41,729 bases of DNA from an uncultured Candidatus Saccharibacteria bacterium (GTDB taxonomy: Bacteria > Patescibacteriota > Saccharimonadia > Saccharimonadales > CAYVSP01): positions 1 through 41,729 of the forward strand of contig CAZILM010000003.1 in NCBI GenBank assembly GCA_964540115.1, written 5' to 3'. A model generated the notes under the pieces. It saw only the letters and a program-made list of their open reading frames with translations. It was not told where the DNA came from and searched no databases. The position numbers and the translations under genes were made by a program. Shown here piece after piece: positions 31,674 through 39,193 of the stretch (position 1 is its first letter; the number at the start of each line of letters is the position of its first letter).

Positions 31674-32833
31674 TGCTTGATAGCATAGCTGCCGGCACTT
31701 TCTGGCTATCAATTATGTTCGGCATTGGTCTTGGAGTCGTCGGTATAACAGGCGCAAATATTTATGATTTTAAAACGACTAAAGAGCGGAAAGCCAGTCT
31801 GCGCCATCCGTATGCTCGAAAACTTCGCCGCCGCCCTGTTTTAAGTGTCATCATTTTGTCACGCAACAATTCTGCAGAAATCCAAGCTTGTTTATTAAGT
31901 GTGCTGCGTAGCAACTACCGAAAAATTCAGATAATCATAGTCGACAGAGCATCCACAGACGGCACTCAGGGCATTGTTAAGCAGATGATCGTGAAATACC
32001 CGTCACGTGGCATTAAACTGATTGCAAAGCGTCTAAATAGTAATGAAGCCCAGTCTATTAAACAGGCACGCAGATATGCTAGCGGAGATATCACCTTTAC
32101 TATATCCGCTAACAATACCGTAGAAAAAACTACCCTCCGCAATCTAAGTTATCATTTTATAACTAATCCCAGGTTAGAGCACATTTATGCGAGACTGGTG
32201 ATACAGTCAGATCCTTCCTTAACAGGCCTCGGGCAAAAAATGGCACAAAATACTGCTAACTGGCTACAAAAAACAGCGTTTAGAGCATGTGACTACCGAC
32301 CACTCCTACAAGCCAGCAGGGTAGGCAAGAATTCTGCTCACAGAAGCAAATATTATACAGATGTAGTTGTGTTCCAGTCTTCCGTAAGTCACTTTCGTCG
32401 ACTATGGATCAAAGAGTATAACCGCTTGCTTAATAGGAAACGGAACACGCAGAGAACCCAACCTTTGTTTCCTAAAAATTCTCATACTCTATTCAGGAAA
32501 TCTGTGTACTTGGTGATTTTAGTTCAGGCTTTTTTGATACCTTACCTGGTCTATATCGCAGTCTCATTTGATAACCCGCTGTACTTGTTCCTGGCGTGGT
32601 CGGTTTTTTCAGTTTTAGCGGCTGTAATGATCTGGTCAGAGGAAGAAACATTTCTAACTAAGCTGAGAGCTAGCCTGTATATACCAATGCTTTATTGTTT
32701 ATTCTGGTTTTACTGCACGCTGCAACTGTCTATTTTACTAGCAGTTATCGTGTCCGCCGTTAGCAAGCGTTTAGTGTCTGCTTTTAAAGAATTATTATTA
32801 GTGCTTTTAGGGTCGACTAAAAAGACGGCTTAA
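31673..32833 (+). CDS. membrane GT2-like (glycosyltransferase family 2 fold) protein with degenerate DXD
   Basis: The start is taken at the ATG overlapping the sortase stop (TAATG). LSVIILSRNNSAEIQACLLSVLRSNYRKIQIIIVDRASTDGT is the GT2 N-terminal signature. ISAN replaces the usual D-x-D. There is one N-terminal and several C-terminal transmembrane helices. Confidence 0.7.
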   Translation: MLDSIAAGTFWLSIMFGIGLGVVGITGANIYDFKTTKERKASLRHPYARKLRRRPVLSVIILSRNNSAEIQACLLSVLRSNYRKIQIIIVDRASTDGTQGIVKQMIVKYPSRGIKLIAKRLNSNEAQSIKQARRYASGDITFTISANNTVEKTTLRNLSYHFITNPRLEHIYARLVIQSDPSLTGLGQKMAQNTANWLQKTAFRACDYRPLLQASRVGKNSAHRSKYYTDVVVFQSSVSHFRRLWIKEYNRLLNRKRNTQRTQPLFPKNSHTLFRKSVYLVILVQAFLIPYLVYIAVSFDNPLYLFLAWSVFSVLAAVMIWSEEETFLTKLRASLYIPMLYCLFWFYCTLQLSILLAVIVSAVSKRLVSAFKELLLVLLGSTKKTA

Positions 32834-34953
32834 GAGATCAGCCTGAAACGTGATATTAAACGTTCGCCGAGCAGCATCAGTAGTCCCGCCGAAACAGTCA
32901 CCAGGCTAAGCGTCCAGTTCTTATTGTAGTGAAGACCGCCAGCTACCGCGCTAGCTGGTAGACTGTCTTTACTGGTCAAAACAGCGGCCACTGGTTGAGG
33001 TGATTGAGTGTTAGAACCGCCGCCGCTTGCAGCACCGCCTACAAAATTTGTACTACCCGCGCCTGAATTATGGATACTTGCCTGGTAAGGCATAAAGCCA
33101 AAGACACCGGGACTTGTCGCCGGCGCTGCCGCTGAGGTACTGCTACCACTTCCGCCGCCCATGCCACCAGTGGTGGCCGGTGCATTACCATACGGTGTGT
33201 TGACGCCGAAGCTTCCATGCCACGTACCAAACACGTTAATAAACAGCACCCCGAACCAATCAGACACAGAGAATGTGCTGTCAATCATATTTAAGACATT
33301 GACACCTGTAGTAGCCTTGCCAGACTTGGCATCACCGGCATTGGTGTTATTGGTCGCAGCAGCGTCGCCGCTGGCAGCATTAACATTCACATTGTTATTT
33401 ATCTGACTATTTTCGTCTATGCCGACGTTTACATTGCGATCTCCATTGCTATTAATGGTGTTTGTGGAGCCGGCTCCGGTTGCTACAACTGCATTAGTGC
33501 CAGCCGGAGCGTTAAGGATCAGGCCAACCCAATCGCCAAGCACATTAACGAATACTACTAGCGCATTCTTAGCAACAACTTGTTTACCAGTAAGATTAAG
33601 TAGTACAAGCTTGTTATCGGTTGCACCAGTAGTGGCACTGCCGGCATTGGTGTTATTAGCTACGGTAGCGTCGCCCGATACAGCGCCTGACGTGACCTGA
33701 TTGGTTATCTGCCGGTTAGTGTTTACATCAACGTCAACTGACGTATTACCGTTAGCATTAATGGTGTTATTAGATTGGGGCCCGGTAGCGGCGATGATAG
33801 CCTGCAAGAGACCTGGCGGCAGAAGAATATCGCCTTCCAGATCACCATTTATGTTCAGAATACCAACGAACGACTGGTTGGCATAAATAGCTGAATTAAT
33901 CATATTAATAAGATTAACGAGAGCCGTAGCATCACCCGACGTCGCCGAGCCACCATTTGTATTGCTGTCGACCATAGCATCGCCGCTAGTGGCACTGACC
34001 TGTATATCATTATTAATAGCGGCATCTTCTGATACGTGGATATCTACATTCCCATTGCTGGCTGCAGAATTCAGCAAGCTTGGATCAATCATTAAGTCTC
34101 CCTGCACATTTCCATTGATATCAGCTATGAAAGTTGCAATTTGTTCACTACCTAATGAACCCCATGTAGATTGCAGCATGTTCAGGATATTCGCGATGGC
34201 CTGGGCATCACCGGATGTGGCATTACCTCCGTTAGTGTTGCCCTGCACAAAAGCATTGCCGCTACGAGAATCTGATGTTATTACGTTACTTATAGCACCG
34301 TTGAAAAAGAGATCAAAAGCCCCGTTGCTGGTGCCGTTTAAATTAATACCATTATTCGATGATGGTCCGGTATTGCTTATGCTGGCATTGGCCCCAAAGC
34401 CACCACCAGGTGGTTTGGCAACTGAGCGCGTATTAGCTACGTAGGTTCCCGACGCCGGGCTGAATACCCAATCTGTCGTATCCCACATGTGTGTCTGCGG
34501 GTTGTAACTGTAATTTTGCGGTGTTTTGGGCTTGGTTTGGTGGGTAACGGGATCCCAGCTATATAGATCATTCTCCCACATGCCGGTTGCTGCATTGTAT
34601 TGATAAGTAGAGCCATCTACACCATTCGGCTGGGTCGGTCCGGTTGGCGATTGCGGGCCGGTTGGAGTGGTCGGTCCAGTTAGGCTTGGGGTTTGCGTAT
34701 CAGTTGGTGTGCTGGCTGAGGAAGTATCCGCCGGCGTGCTGTCTGTCGGCGTGGTGGCAGATGTATCGGTTGGAGTGTCAACAGTTTCAGCTGGCGTAGA
34801 TTCTGCTGATTGCGAAGTGTTATCAGCAGGATCAGTGACAGTTGGATCTGTTGATGTGTCGGCCAGCGCTACAGCTGGGTAAAAGAAAATCTGCAACACG
34901 ATCATGAGACCGATTACACTATCTTTCAAAATGTGCGACAGCTTTCTTGGCAC
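32830..34953 (-). CDS. large secreted/anchored repeat protein (707 aa) with at least 4 TGPxSxN-type modules
   Basis: GTG start with AAGGAG upstream. In order, it has a signal/anchor helix, a Thr/Pro/Asp-rich spacer and short YxYNxxTxMW repeats. Then come modules such as ISNTGPSSNNGINLNG...GNTNGGNATSGDA, IAATGPQSNNTINANG...NNTNAGSATTGA and VATGAGSTNTINSNG...NNTNAGDAKSGKA. It ends with a TGGMGGG linker and a C-terminal hydrophobic helix plus basic tail. Confidence 0.8.
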   Translation of the reverse strand: MPRKLSHILKDSVIGLMIVLQIFFYPAVALADTSTDPTVTDPADNTSQSAESTPAETVDTPTDTSATTPTDSTPADTSSASTPTDTQTPSLTGPTTPTGPQSPTGPTQPNGVDGSTYQYNAATGMWENDLYSWDPVTHQTKPKTPQNYSYNPQTHMWDTTDWVFSPASGTYVANTRSVAKPPGGGFGANASISNTGPSSNNGINLNGTSNGAFDLFFNGAISNVITSDSRSGNAFVQGNTNGGNATSGDAQAIANILNMLQSTWGSLGSEQIATFIADINGNVQGDLMIDPSLLNSAASNGNVDIHVSEDAAINNDIQVSATSGDAMVDSNTNGGSATSGDATALVNLINMINSAIYANQSFVGILNINGDLEGDILLPPGLLQAIIAATGPQSNNTINANGNTSVDVDVNTNRQITNQVTSGAVSGDATVANNTNAGSATTGATDNKLVLLNLTGKQVVAKNALVVFVNVLGDWVGLILNAPAGTNAVVATGAGSTNTINSNGDRNVNVGIDENSQINNNVNVNAASGDAAATNNTNAGDAKSGKATTGVNVLNMIDSTFSVSDWFGVLFINVFGTWHGSFGVNTPYGNAPATTGGMGGGSGSSTSAAAPATSPGVFGFMPYQASIHNSGAGSTNFVGGAASGGGSNTQSPQPVAAVLTSKDSLPASAVAGGLHYNKNWTLSLVTVSAGLLMLLGERLISRFRLIS

Positions 34954-34995
34954 ACCAGACTCCTTTATTTACGTAAGTATTTGGCCCACCTGTTA

Positions 34996-35045
34996 GACGT
35001 AAGGAGGAGTAGGGTATTGAAAAACCATACCCCTCCGTAAACGTC
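34996..35045 (-). promoter_or_regulatory. intercistronic long hairpin between the 195-aa and 707-aa repeat-protein genes
   Basis: GACGT/ACGTC, GGAG/CTCC and GGGTAT/ATACCC helices around a 9-nt loop. No U-tract follows on the coding (minus) strand. Confidence 0.4.
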
Positions 35046-35091
35046 TCTTCTAAACAACTCTCCTAAACAAGCCGGTAAAGGCTAGCTAGAA

Positions 35092-35679
35092 TTAGTTGCT
35101 CATGTTCAAGCTGGTGCTTGTGTTGTTTGTGTTAGAAGCACTACCGCTGGTAGCTGAGCCACCGTTGGTGTTGCTGCTGACGTTAGCTGTACCAGAGTTT
35201 GATGTCTGGGTGCTAAAGTTACCAACAAATGCATTGTTTGTTGAGCTAACAGTAACAGTGTTGTTACCATTAAACGTTACCTGGTTGTTTGAGCTTGGGC
35301 CTGTGGTGTTAATGGAAGCGCTATCGCTACCAGTGTTACCAGCTGCTGCAGCCATAGCTACGGCGTTGGCGCCAGCGTTGCTCATAGTAACGCTCGTGCT
35401 GTTGGAGTTGCTGTTGCTGGTTGAGCCACTAGTAGCACCACCGGCATTGGTGTTGCTGCTTGTGTTGGCTGAACCAGAGGCTGCGTTTTGCGCTTGCGCG
35501 TTAAAAACGCCTGCTCCGTTGGATGTAGTAACACTTGTGCTGTTACTTCCATTAAATGTTATTAGGTTTGTTGAACTTGGCCCGGTTGTACCAATGTTTC
35601 CGGTTTGCGCTGCGGCGACGCCGGCACTGAGGCCAACACCCAAGACCGCTACTGCAAAGGCTCGTAGTAACTTTTTCAT
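35092..35679 (-). CDS. secreted protein made of two 73-aa TGPxSxN modules (195 aa)
   Basis: The start is taken at the ATG at 35679, preceded by GGAG. The signal peptide MKKLLRAFAVAVLGVGLSAGVAAAQ resembles that of the LPNTG protein. There is no LPXTG and no transmembrane helix at the C-terminus. Confidence 0.8.
   Translation of the reverse strand: MKKLLRAFAVAVLGVGLSAGVAAAQTGNIGTTGPSSTNLITFNGSNSTSVTTSNGAGVFNAQAQNAASGSANTSSNTNAGGATSGSTSNSNSNSTSVTMSNAGANAVAMAAAAGNTGSDSASINTTGPSSNNQVTFNGNNTVTVSSTNNAFVGNFSTQTSNSGTANVSSNTNGGSATSGSASNTNNTSTSLNMSN
35095..35313 (-). repeat. coding repeat unit 2 (73 aa, INTTGPSSNNQVTFNG...NTNGGSATSG...LNMSN)
   Basis: See unit 1 at 35377-35595. Confidence 0.75.
35377..35595 (-). 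repeat. coding repeat unit 1 (73 aa, IGTTGPSSTNLITFNG...NTNAGGATSG...VTMSN)
   Basis: 43 of 73 residues are identical to unit 2 in a gap-free hand alignment. Confidence 0.75.
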
Positions 35680-35786
35680 AAAGTTACTCCTTTCTTTAAA
35701 TTTAGTTGGTTGGTAATTTTCTCGGGTGTTCACCCGACCTTCGACGCCTGTTATTTAGGCACCAAAGGTCGAAGGAACAGGCGACG

Positions 35787-36311
35787 CTACATACTATTAA
35801 ACTCCGTATGATTTACAGTCCCATTGGATGTAGTTGTGGAGCTGGAGGAGAATGTATTAACCTGGGTGGAAGTATTACCGCTGTTGTTAGAATTCTGCAC
35901 ATCGACTGTTGTGGTGCCGTTTTCGTTGGTGACTGTCTTGTGTACCGAACCATTCTGTGGCACCGGCACAGTCTCGCCATTGACACTTACAGAAGTTGAG
36001 CCCTCAGAATTGGCAGAAACATTAGTGGAATTACTAGTAGTAGTGGTCGATGAGGCATCGCTTTTTTGATCGGCGGGCGGGGTTGGTTGCTCCGGCAACG
36101 AATCCGAAAATGAATTCACAGCTGTATTACTTACCGCGGCTTGAGTTGCAGGCTTATTATGGACTGAAACCGCCAGACCAGCAGCTCCAATGAGCAGGGC
36201 TAGAGATAGTGCGGTTGTTTTAGGGTGCTTTGTTAAGAGATTGTGAGGGAGCATGGTAATAGAGGCACTGCTAGCGCGTTTTTTCGGTGTTCGTGCTTTG
36301 CCCCAGAACAA
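35787..36311 (-). CDS. N-terminally membrane-anchored Ser/Thr/Asn-rich protein (start uncertain: TTG 36311 or ATG 36254)
   Basis: GGAGGAG lies 5 nt upstream of the TTG at 36311. The product has a basic N-terminus, a transmembrane helix (TTALSLALLIGAAGLAVSV), then an S/T/N-rich ectodomain. The longer 226-aa ORF from the track starts at a TTG without a Shine-Dalgarno. Confidence 0.55.
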   Translation of the reverse strand: MFWGKARTPKKRASSASITMLPHNLLTKHPKTTALSLALLIGAAGLAVSVHNKPATQAAVSNTAVNSFSDSLPEQPTPPADQKSDASSTTTTSNSTNVSANSEGSTSVSVNGETVPVPQNGSVHKTVTNENGTTTVDVQNSNNSGNTSTQVNTFSSSSTTTSNGTVNHTEFNSM

Positions 36312-36567
36312 AATAGCTCCTCCTTTTTGCCACCCATGACTAGTACTAAATATAAGTGGATTTGACGGATAGTCAATAGTCACGTAGCGAGAATTTTTAT
36401 CATGGTTCAGTATCTGGCGTTCTAGCGTGAATTTTTCAGAGGTACAATACTGTTGTGCTTTAGTCAACTTTCGTAAATACTACAACAATTTTTCTGTGAA
36501 TTATCTCGCAGCATAAGCGTGTTAGAAAAAGTAGAATATCGTTGCAGACTCAAGATAGGGGGAGAAA

Positions 36568-36714
36568 ATGAAAAGGTCAAAAATACTAACAACACCGACA
36601 CGCATAAACGAGGTCGACTTCGACAATCTGTTCGAAGACGGTGAAGACTGGCAACAGAAGGCAGAACGCCTCCAGGCCAGACGCTGGCGCAAGCTCAAGC
36701 AACAACTTATCTGA
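36568..36714 (+). CDS. 48-aa small protein (MKRSKILTTPTRINEVDFDNLFEDGEDWQQKAERLQARRWRKLKQQLI), not in the ORF track
   Basis: GGGGGAG lies 5 nt upstream of the ATG, and the composition is balanced and non-repetitive. The overlapping 109-aa antisense ORF (36522-36851) is Cys/Ser/Arg-rich and lacks a Shine-Dalgarno. Confidence 0.45.
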   Translation: MKRSKILTTPTRINEVDFDNLFEDGEDWQQKAERLQARRWRKLKQQLI

Positions 36715-36836
36715 CAGTAACTGACTAGCCATAGACTAGAGCGTTCAGATTCGAGACACGTGTTGCTTCTGTTTCTCTCTTTATCGACTCCGTTATAGGC
36801 TATAATAACGGGTATTAAATATTGAGGAGTGAGAGC

Positions 36837-37745
36837 GTGAAAACCCGGCACTACATAATTCTATTTATCATTCTAATTATCAGTTATGTTGGCCTAACAT
36901 TACTTCCGGCACCGGATCCCAAGGCTCTTGTCCAATACAACTTATCAGTTTCACAAGCACGTTTGTTAAGTCTGACCATCGTATTGCCAGTCGTTGCCAT
37001 ATGGTTAGTCGCAATGTATGGTTTCGTAAAGATCAAAGACTATGCGCAGTTAATTAAGAACTCTAAAGACGGGGCCGCTTTGAACACAATTAGCACCGGC
37101 TTACTTTTTCTGGCATTAGGTTCGCCATTTAGCGCAGTACTAACAAGCGTGAGCGCTCAACTTGTAAAAAGACATCCCGATTGGCTGGCCGCTACTACAA
37201 TTATTAATAACTATATAACGTTGATAATTATGGCTCTCGGTATGTTCTTTATTGCTAAGGGAGCCGAGCAACTAGTAAAGCTGGTTGGTAAAAAATCTGG
37301 TAACAATGAACAAAGGTTACTGGTCCTATTATTCATAGTATTGAGCACGCTTTACAGTTACTTCCTGATTTCACAACCGATACAGACACCAGCCGGTCAG
37401 CGCATTTATTACATGTCTCACATAATGGTTCTGCTCACGCTGGCTATTCCATATCTTTATTATTGGTATCGCGGCCTACTGGGAGCATATTACCTGTACT
37501 GGTACCAGAAAAACGTGCCCGGCCGCGTCTACAAAGGATCGCTCAGTTATGTAGCGGGCGGCATTTTTACGGTCATAATGACCTCTATATTAGTCAGGGG
37601 ACTGGTAACGATATCGGCAAGAATCAGCACGCTAGGACTTCCACCAATCTTACTCATTATCTATTGCTTATTACTAATCTCAGGTTTGGGCTACGTTTTG
37701 ATTGCGATTGGCGCCAAAAAGCTACGCAAAATTGAGGAGGTCTAG
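36837..37745 (+). CDS. polytopic membrane protein (about 8 TM), hypothetical
   Basis: The start is taken at the GTG at 36837, 7 nt after GAGGAG. Multiple long hydrophobic helices are present, and a Tyr/Trp-rich loop (YLYYWYRGLLGAYYLYWYQ). Confidence 0.65.
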   Translation: MKTRHYIILFIILIISYVGLTLLPAPDPKALVQYNLSVSQARLLSLTIVLPVVAIWLVAMYGFVKIKDYAQLIKNSKDGAALNTISTGLLFLALGSPFSAVLTSVSAQLVKRHPDWLAATTIINNYITLIIMALGMFFIAKGAEQLVKLVGKKSGNNEQRLLVLLFIVLSTLYSYFLISQPIQTPAGQRIYYMSHIMVLLTLAIPYLYYWYRGLLGAYYLYWYQKNVPGRVYKGSLSYVAGGIFTVIMTSILVRGLVTISARISTLGLPPILLIIYCLLLISGLGYVLIAIGAKKLRKIEEV

Positions 37746-37747
37746 CC

Positions 37748-38008
37748 ATGGAGCAAGGCCAGCGTCTTTATAAGCAAATGGTGGACATCAGCCGGGATTA
37801 TTTAGGACCGGCCGCTGAGCGATTTATTAATCGTCAGGTGACAACCCACCTTCATAAAGAGCCGTCCGACCTCTCAAGCAGGGATGTACCAACTCTGGTA
37901 GATTGGATAAAACTGGCTTTTGCTCTTCTAACCAATGATGATGCCCTGGTAAATGAATATGCCGATCGTCTCCTTACACTCTCCAAAAAGAAGAGCGCGA
38001 AAGTCTAG
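37748..38008 (+). CDS. hypothetical small soluble protein (86 aa)
   Basis: GAGGAGG lies 7 nt upstream of the ATG. The gene sits between the membrane protein and the histidine kinase. Confidence 0.55.
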   Translation: MEQGQRLYKQMVDISRDYLGPAAERFINRQVTTHLHKEPSDLSSRDVPTLVDWIKLAFALLTNDDALVNEYADRLLTLSKKKSAKV

Positions 38009-38014
38009 GTCTTT

Positions 38015-39187
38015 ATGCCGAGGTCAGTAGCCAGCAAACAACCCCAGTCTGCGAAATCATTCAGCAAGCACGACAAAGCGCGAGCGGATGCCTTATTCCT
38101 TAGTATTGGCGAGGGGGCTTTCGTTACTGACGGGCAAGGACGTATTAGTCGCATTAATCACGTTGCGCTGGAGCTTTTGGGATTTGAAGAAAGCGAACTT
38201 GTCGGCCAGTGGTATCCCGGCATTATAGTTGCTGAAGATAGTGCCGGCAAAGTTTTCCATAATTTAGAGAGGCCAATCACTAGAGTGTTCCTGACCGGAA
38301 AGTCGGTCAGCGCGCGCTTATATTATAGGCGCAAGGACGGCACACGCATACCGGTATCGTTAACTGTTTCGCCGGTGATATTAAAAGGAAAGCCTGTTGG
38401 TGCCATAGAAGTCTTTAGGGACATCAGCCACGAACTGGCCTTGGAGCAGGCTAAGGATGATTTTATCTCGATTGCCTCTCACCAACTTAGAACACCTGCT
38501 ACGGGCGTAAAACAGTACGTCGGCATGCTACTAGAAGGTTATGTAGGCAAACTACCGGCCGAACAACAATTACTCTTGACCAAAGCTTACGAGAGCAATG
38601 AGAGGCAACTTAAGATAATTGACGACCTGCTCAAAGTCGCCCGGGTTGATGCCGGTTTCATTAGCCTACAAACCGAAACGGTTGATTTGATCCAACTACT
38701 CCAAGACGTTATATATGAACAGCTGGGCAAAATTGAAAAACGCCACCAGACAATTAAATTCCAGCATACAGCCAAGAGCCTAAAACTTAATATCGATTCT
38801 GCTTTGATGCGCATGGTGTTTGAGAATTTAATAGATAATGCCAGCAAGTATACGCCGGAAGGGAAGGGTTTAAGGGTCCGAATTGTCAAAACTAGCAAGT
38901 CAGTTGTCATTAGTTTTAACGACGAAGGTGTTGGCATTGCGAAAAGAGACATTGGCCAGCTCTTCCAGAAATTTGCCCGATTTAATGACAGCATCACTCA
39001 CGCCGCTGAGGGTAGCGGGCTGGGTCTCTACTGGGCTAAGCAAATAGTAGATCTGCACAATGGCACAATCTCGGTCACTTCTCGATTGCACAAAGGTTCG
39101 ACATTTGTAATACAACTACCGGTAAATCGGGACGGACTTGCACAGAGCGAGGGCACGAAGGTACTATTAAGTGAGAAAGAAGGATAA
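38015..39187 (+). CDS. soluble PAS-domain sensor histidine kinase
   Basis: PAS-like region (GEGAFVTDGQGRISRINHVALELLGF...), H-box SHQLRTP, N box (NLIDNASKYT) and G boxes (DEGVGI, GSGLGL). No transmembrane segment. Confidence 0.85.
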   Translation: MPRSVASKQPQSAKSFSKHDKARADALFLSIGEGAFVTDGQGRISRINHVALELLGFEESELVGQWYPGIIVAEDSAGKVFHNLERPITRVFLTGKSVSARLYYRRKDGTRIPVSLTVSPVILKGKPVGAIEVFRDISHELALEQAKDDFISIASHQLRTPATGVKQYVGMLLEGYVGKLPAEQQLLLTKAYESNERQLKIIDDLLKVARVDAGFISLQTETVDLIQLLQDVIYEQLGKIEKRHQTIKFQHTAKSLKLNIDSALMRMVFENLIDNASKYTPEGKGLRVRIVKTSKSVVISFNDEGVGIAKRDIGQLFQKFARFNDSITHAAEGSGLGLYWAKQIVDLHNGTISVTSRLHKGSTFVIQLPVNRDGLAQSEGTKVLLSEKEG

Positions 39188-39193
39188 ATATTA

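Noticed and set aside
32830-35733. Periodic DNA in the repeat-protein genes as a possible CRISPR or non-coding tandem array, plus the many plus-strand ORFs here (for example 33161-33406, 33962-34444, 35096-35716)
   Set aside because: The repeats are long (about 220-300 nt), diverged, in frame and translate into coherent modules. There are no short identical repeats with unique spacers. The plus-strand ORFs are reverse-frame artefacts (Val/Leu/Ala/Pro-rich) of AAY/AGY/ACN/GGN-rich coding sequence.
35787-36467. Full 226-aa version of the Ser/Thr-rich protein
   Set aside because: The upstream 52-71 codons begin at a TTG without a Shine-Dalgarno and encode a non-hydrophobic segment before the signal/anchor. 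A GGAGGAG-preceded TTG (36311) or the ATG (36254) gives a conventional basic-N/TM topology.
36522-36851. 109-aa minus-strand ORF
   Set aside because: Its product is Cys/Ser/Arg-rich and it has no Shine-Dalgarno. It overlaps both the Shine-Dalgarno-preceded 48-aa plus-strand ORF and the start of the membrane-protein gene.
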